DNA of 64,000 bases from Treponemataceae bacterium. Its GTDB lineage: Bacteria; Spirochaetota; Spirochaetia; Treponematales; Rectinemataceae. The stretch is taken from assembly GCA_963678065.2 (NCBI GenBank), contig CAXXVZ010000002.1, positions 32,001-96,000 on the forward strand. The letters are read 5' to 3'. The translations under genes were made by a program, and so were the position numbers. Positions within the stretch are counted from its first letter, which is position 1, and the number at the start of each line of letters is the position of its first letter. The notes below the pieces were generated by a model. The model did not search any database. It was not told where the DNA came from and worked only from the letters and a program-made list of their open reading frames with translations. Below are positions 59,868-64,000 of this stretch, piece after piece.

Positions 59868-60752
59868 TCAGGCCTCCTTTGTGTTCAGGATTTTCCTGAG
59901 ATAGACCACCGAAACGAGGGCGACGGCTGCGAGCGTGATCATGGACGCGGCCGAGGAGCGGCCGAGCTTGAAGTACTGGAAGGCCTCGCGGTAAATGAAA
60001 TACGAAGTCGTCTCGGTCGAGTTGCCCGGCCCTCCCTTCGTGAGCGCGAAAACCTTGGAGAACACCTTGAAGGTGTCTATGGTCCTGAGGAGGCAGAGGA
60101 GGAGAATCTGGTCGCGCAGGATGGGAAGGGTTATGCGAAACAGTGTCTGCCGGTAACTCGCGCCGTCCACGACGGAGGCTTCGAAGATCTCCTGGGGAAC
60201 GGAGGCGAGCCCCGCCTGGACGACGATGAAGGCGAAGGGCGTCCACTGCCAGACATCGACGAGGACGAGGGACCAGAGAGCCATCTTCGGATCGACGAGC
60301 CAGCCGGCCCGCGGAAGGCCGAATGCGGCGAGAGTGTTGTTGAGCAGCCCGATGTCGTAGTGATAGAGGGTCTTCCAGACCGATGATACGACCATGGTGG
60401 ACAGCATCATGGGCAGGATGACCAGGATCATGAAGCCGCTCTTGCCCCTGAAATTGCCGTAGAAAACGAGAGCGAGGATGATGCCGAGGAGCACTTCTAT
60501 CGCCGTCGCCGCGAGGCAGTATTCCAGTGTATTGGCGAAAGAGGCCAGAAAGAGCTTGTCCGAGAGGATATCGGCGAAGTTCGACAGTCCCGTCCATCTG
60601 CGGACGCCCGAGATGTAGTTGTAGTTCTGGAAGGAAGTGAAAAGCACCGTCAGCATCGGATAAACAGTCAGCCACAGCATGACGGCGAGGGCTGGAGCGA
60701 AGATGCACCAATAAAACAGGGCCTTGCCCCGCGTGCGTCCGGAAAGCATCAT
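59868..60752 (-). CDS. Carbohydrate ABC transporter permease (MalF-like)
   Basis: GLSNF, DVWQWTPF, EASVVDGAS, TKGGPG. Confidence 0.92.
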   Translation of the reverse strand: MMLSGRTRGKALFYWCIFAPALAVMLWLTVYPMLTVLFTSFQNYNYISGVRRWTGLSNFADILSDKLFLASFANTLEYCLAATAIEVLLGIILALVFYGNFRGKSGFMILVILPMMLSTMVVSSVWKTLYHYDIGLLNNTLAAFGLPRAGWLVDPKMALWSLVLVDVWQWTPFAFIVVQAGLASVPQEIFEASVVDGASYRQTLFRITLPILRDQILLLCLLRTIDTFKVFSKVFALTKGGPGNSTETTSYFIYREAFQYFKLGRSSAASMITLAAVALVSVVYLRKILNTKEA

Positions 60753-60826
60753 GGTCGGGACTCCAAGTCTTCAGAAGGTAGAGAGTGTCGTGTCGGAAAG
60801 GCCGCGGAGTCCGCCGCCCCTGGATG

Positions 60827-60885
60827 GGGGACATTGTCGGAGCGAAGGCGCACCGATCGGCGCGTCGCGCTCCGACAATGTCCCC
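60827..60885. other. Intergenic hairpin with 18-bp arms between the binding-protein and permease genes
   Basis: ggggacattgtcggagcg / cgctccgacaatgtcccc. Confidence 0.7.
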
Positions 60886-60891
60886 AGTCGG

Positions 60892-62142
60892 TCACTTTAT
60901 GATCTGGGCAATCTTGGCGTTGGCTTCATTGAGAGCCTGCTCGGCGGTTTTCTGGCCGATGAGGGCTTCCTGGACGAGGCCGCCGAGAGTGTTCTCGATC
61001 TCGGCCCAGAACAGGGTGCGGGGGCGGGCCACGCCGTCTTCCAGAGCGTCGCGGATGGCGGGGTACCAGGGGTACTTCGCGAGGATCTCCGCATCCTCGA
61101 ACACGGAAGTGCGGCTCGGGGGAAGGCCGGCCTTGAGGACCATGAGCTTCTGTGTTTCCTTGCCCGTGACGAAGTTGAGGAAATCGAAGGCTGCCTGCTT
61201 GTTCTTCGAGGCGGCCGGAATGGCGATGTGCCAGATGCCGATCATCGGAGAAGACTTCTTCACGTCGGCCGGGTGTTTGGTGACCTTGACCTTGCCCGCG
61301 ACCTTGGACTGGTTGGGATCGTCGAGCTGACCGAGCCAGGCCGGCCAGACTTCGGGGGCGATGCCGACGGTGCCGGCGAGAAGGCCGTCGCGGACCTGGG
61401 CGGTGTTGTTCATCGGCGTGCTCTTCGGGCCGTACTTGGCCAGTTCGAGGAAGAACTTGAGCGCCTTCACGGCTTCGGGGGAGTTGACGGTCGGCTTTCC
61501 GGAGGCGTCGAAGAAATCGGCCCCGAAGGACCAGAAGATCGGGAGGAAGGCGGTGAGGATGGGGTTGCCCTTCACGCCGCGGAAGGAGACGCCGGACACT
61601 GAAGGGTCGCTCTCGGATATTTTCTTGGCTGCGACGAGGACATCGTTCCAGGTCTTGGGGGCGGCGAGTCCGTATTTGGCGAAGAGGTCGGTCCTGTAGG
61701 CGAACAGTGAGACGTTGCCGACGAAGGGAAGCGCGTAGAGCTTGCCCTTGGGTCCGTTCGGATAGCGGCAGAGATCCGTCGTCGTGGAGATGAAGTCGGA
61801 ATCGACGGCCTTGCCGGCTTTCTTGTACATCGCGTCGAGATCTTCGAGCCAGCCGGCCTGCTGGTATTGCATGGCCTTGGGATCGTCGATGAGGATGAGG
61901 TCGTAGGTGCCTGTTCCGGTCTTCAGGTCGATGACGGTCTTCTGGTAGACATCGTCGCCGGAGAGCTTGAGCAGTTCGAAGCTGACGTTGGGATTCTTGG
62001 CCATGTAGGCGTCGACAGCGACCTGCATGGCGTTGCCGTAGTCGCCATCGCGGCCGGCGATGACCAGTTTCACTTGTTTCTGGGCAAATACGCCGCCGGT
62101 CAATACGGCGAGCGCGAGAAGAATGAGTGCGGTCTTTTTCAT
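60892..62142 (-). CDS. Sugar ABC transporter substrate-binding protein
   Basis: Signal peptide MKKTAL...VFA, YALPF, YRTDLF, PKTW, AAFDFLNF. Confidence 0.9.
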   Translation of the reverse strand: MKKTALILLALAVLTGGVFAQKQVKLVIAGRDGDYGNAMQVAVDAYMAKNPNVSFELLKLSGDDVYQKTVIDLKTGTGTYDLILIDDPKAMQYQQAGWLEDLDAMYKKAGKAVDSDFISTTTDLCRYPNGPKGKLYALPFVGNVSLFAYRTDLFAKYGLAAPKTWNDVLVAAKKISESDPSVSGVSFRGVKGNPILTAFLPIFWSFGADFFDASGKPTVNSPEAVKALKFFLELAKYGPKSTPMNNTAQVRDGLLAGTVGIAPEVWPAWLGQLDDPNQSKVAGKVKVTKHPADVKKSSPMIGIWHIAIPAASKNKQAAFDFLNFVTGKETQKLMVLKAGLPPSRTSVFEDAEILAKYPWYPAIRDALEDGVARPRTLFWAEIENTLGGLVQEALIGQKTAEQALNEANAKIAQIIK

Positions 62143-62256
62143 GACATCGGGCCTCCTGGGATTTTCTGAAAACGATTTTATATCCGGTTTCAAAAGCGCG
62201 CAAAGAAAAACCATGATACACTTCGGATGGATTTGATGCTTGCATCATCATTTTCA

Positions 62257-62283
62257 CCTGTTACGCATTTCATGCGTAACAGG
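62257..62283. promoter_or_regulatory. Candidate operator palindrome between the ABC operon and its divergent regulator
   Basis: cctgttacgcat-ttc-atgcgtaacagg (12-bp arms), second dyad tgatgc-tt-gcatca at 62234-62247. Confidence 0.55.
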
Positions 62284-62346
62284 CATTTATACGCAGAACA
62301 AGATGGCCATCCCGCGCTGCACGGGCCGAGAATCGGAGGAAGCAGA

Positions 62347-63315
62347 ATGGACATGGCAAGCCAACGCCACAGATTGAGGCAAAAAGATCTCGTCGCCATG
62401 ATATTCGTCCTCTTTTCGGAGGAATACGACAGGACGGGAGCGGATTCCATATCCGACATCGAAATTCCCATGACCAGGGTCCGCGGTTATCTGGGAAACA
62501 AAGTCGGAATCAAGTACTCGAGCGATGCCTGGATAGCTACCCAGATCCACAAGTACGAGGAGGAGCTGGGATCGCGCCTCTTCAGGCGCAGTGAAGGGCC
62601 GGAGGGACCCTCCCTGGGGCTCTGCAGGGACCTCGACACCTACGCCCAGAAGCGCCATCTCTACATCACGCAGAAAATACGGGCGGCAAACGGCGTCTTC
62701 GACCTCATCCGGAACGCCCGCGGCGAATTCCCCGAACGCGACACTGTCCGCATCCTCCTCGAGGCGGGAAGCACGGTCACGCGCGTGGCCGAGATCATCG
62801 CCGAAAACCTGCCGGAGCTGGACTGGCGCTGGGATATCTCGACCCACAATCTCGGGGTCATCGAGTGTCTCGGAAAGACCGGCCCCGGATTCGAGCGCGT
62901 GAAGATATCCGTGCCCGAGGGGCGCTTTGACCCGGCGACAAACCTCATCCTCGGAGACAGGCTCGATCTGTACACGAGGCAGTCCTTCGACTGGATCATC
63001 CAGGGAACCTCCTTCCTGTCGGGAGGCAGGCTCTTCGTCGAACGCCCCTACGAAGCCTCGGTGAAATCGCAAATCCTCCACGACTGTTCGGGCGTGAAAG
63101 TCCTGGTGCTCACAGGGCACGAGGTCGCGGGGCACCCTCCCGCCGGAATCACGAGTTTCGGATCCATCGGCGATTTCGACTACATCGTTCACCCCTCCCT
63201 GCCCGAAGCCTCCACGGCCTACCGCAGACTCGCCGGCGAGACCCGGTCGGGAGAAGCGAGGCTTTCCGTCTTCATCAGAAACTGGAGCTACGAAATCCAG
63301 AAAATCAGCCGATAA
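62347..63315 (+). CDS. Atypical DeoR/GlpR-like regulator
   Basis: QKIRAA, ILLEAGSTV, ISTHNL, ASVKSQIL resemble the DeoRC sensor domain. The N-terminus is not a canonical DeoR HTH. Confidence 0.55.
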   Translation: MDMASQRHRLRQKDLVAMIFVLFSEEYDRTGADSISDIEIPMTRVRGYLGNKVGIKYSSDAWIATQIHKYEEELGSRLFRRSEGPEGPSLGLCRDLDTYAQKRHLYITQKIRAANGVFDLIRNARGEFPERDTVRILLEAGSTVTRVAEIIAENLPELDWRWDISTHNLGVIECLGKTGPGFERVKISVPEGRFDPATNLILGDRLDLYTRQSFDWIIQGTSFLSGGRLFVERPYEASVKSQILHDCSGVKVLVLTGHEVAGHPPAGITSFGSIGDFDYIVHPSLPEASTAYRRLAGETRSGEARLSVFIRNWSYEIQKISR

Positions 63316-63347
63316 TCGGAGCTCCGCCCGCGCAGGCGGACCTTCGC

Positions 63348-64000
63348 CTAGAGTGTCTGACCCGCCCCGGTCCCGTCTGGGTCCCGGAGAGCGCCCGCCG
63401 TCCTCTCGAATGTCCCCGCGACCACGGAGAGCCCATCGCGGACGAGGATCTTCCCGCGGGCGACGACGAGGGAGGGCTCGAGTCCTGAGTCCAGGGCGAC
63501 GAAATCTGCGTCGGCCCCCGCGCCGATCCTGCCCTTGCGGCCGAGCTTCAGGATGGCCGCGGGCGAGGAGGTGATGGGCAGGAGCGCCAACTCGAGCGAG
63601 AGCCCGAGTCCGAACACGGCCTCCTTCAGCGCGCCTGCGAGGCTGGAACAGGTCCCCACGCCGAGTCCCGCGAAGCGGCCCGCTTCGTCGAAGATGGGAA
63701 GGCTGCCCTGCCCGTCCGAGCTGAAGGTCATGCGGCCGGCGGGAACACCCTCTCTGAGGAAGCGCGCGTAGGCTCGCGCCGCGGAAATCCCGTTTTCTTC
63801 CTTATTATTTGCGACTTTGCTCGTCGTGAAGTCGACGAATCCGCCTGAGCGCGCCCAGGCGAGGGACTTTTCCAGCACGGCCGGAGTCCTGCCACAGTGC
63901 GTGGGCAGAAACTGTGTCCTCGGTATGTCACCGGCAGCGACGACAGCCTCGAGAGGATCGAGACAGGCGGGTGCGTCGCCCAGATGGACATTGACGATGC
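63348..64000 (-). CDS. iadA: Beta-aspartyl peptidase (isoaspartyl dipeptidase), 5'-truncated by the window edge
   Basis: IVNVHLGD, TQFLPTH, VDFTT, SSDGQGSLP, KGRIGAGADAD. Confidence 0.88.
   Translation of the reverse strand, partial: IVNVHLGDAPACLDPLEAVVAAGDIPRTQFLPTHCGRTPAVLEKSLAWARSGGFVDFTTSKVANNKEENGISAARAYARFLREGVPAGRMTFSSDGQGSLPIFDEAGRFAGLGVGTCSSLAGALKEAVFGLGLSLELALLPITSSPAAILKLGRKGRIGAGADADFVALDSGLEPSLVVARGKILVRDGLSVVAGTFERTAGALRDPDGTGAGQTL

Noticed and set aside
56295..64000. Genomic island integrated at tRNA-Leu
   Set aside because: No integrase, no tRNA 3'-end duplication seen in the window, and no visible compositional shift

Overview
A GC-rich, gene-dense bacterial chromosome segment, most likely from a free-living anaerobic spirochaete (inferred from the rpoN-hpf-hprK-HPr-lexA-holA order, the grpE-dnaK-dnaJ operon, a stand-alone DbpA-RBD protein and an RhlB-like tail). 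It contains about 55 CDS and one tRNA-Leu(CAA). Left to right: a sigma54-controlled hydrolase locus (tandem-domain esterase, large secreted B3-like metallo-hydrolase, PrpR-like activator); a G3P-dehydrogenase-like module divergent from G1P dehydrogenase-HAD-luxS; an AT-rich foreign CPBP protease gene; glgP; a catalytically degenerate DEAD-box protein; a type II NADH dehydrogenase-DoxX fusion with candidate flavinylation motifs next to a polyprenyl synthase (ApbE lies further right); a copper/metal cluster with CsoR and a two-component system, where three promoters share a TTCAY-N6-TTCAY motif; housekeeping genes; and a sugar ABC/GDPD/PfkB operon. I saw no transposase, integrase, prophage or CRISPR array. 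All calls come from reading motifs by eye, without database searches. Start codons were adjusted using RBS and gene-overlap evidence and may be off by a few codons.
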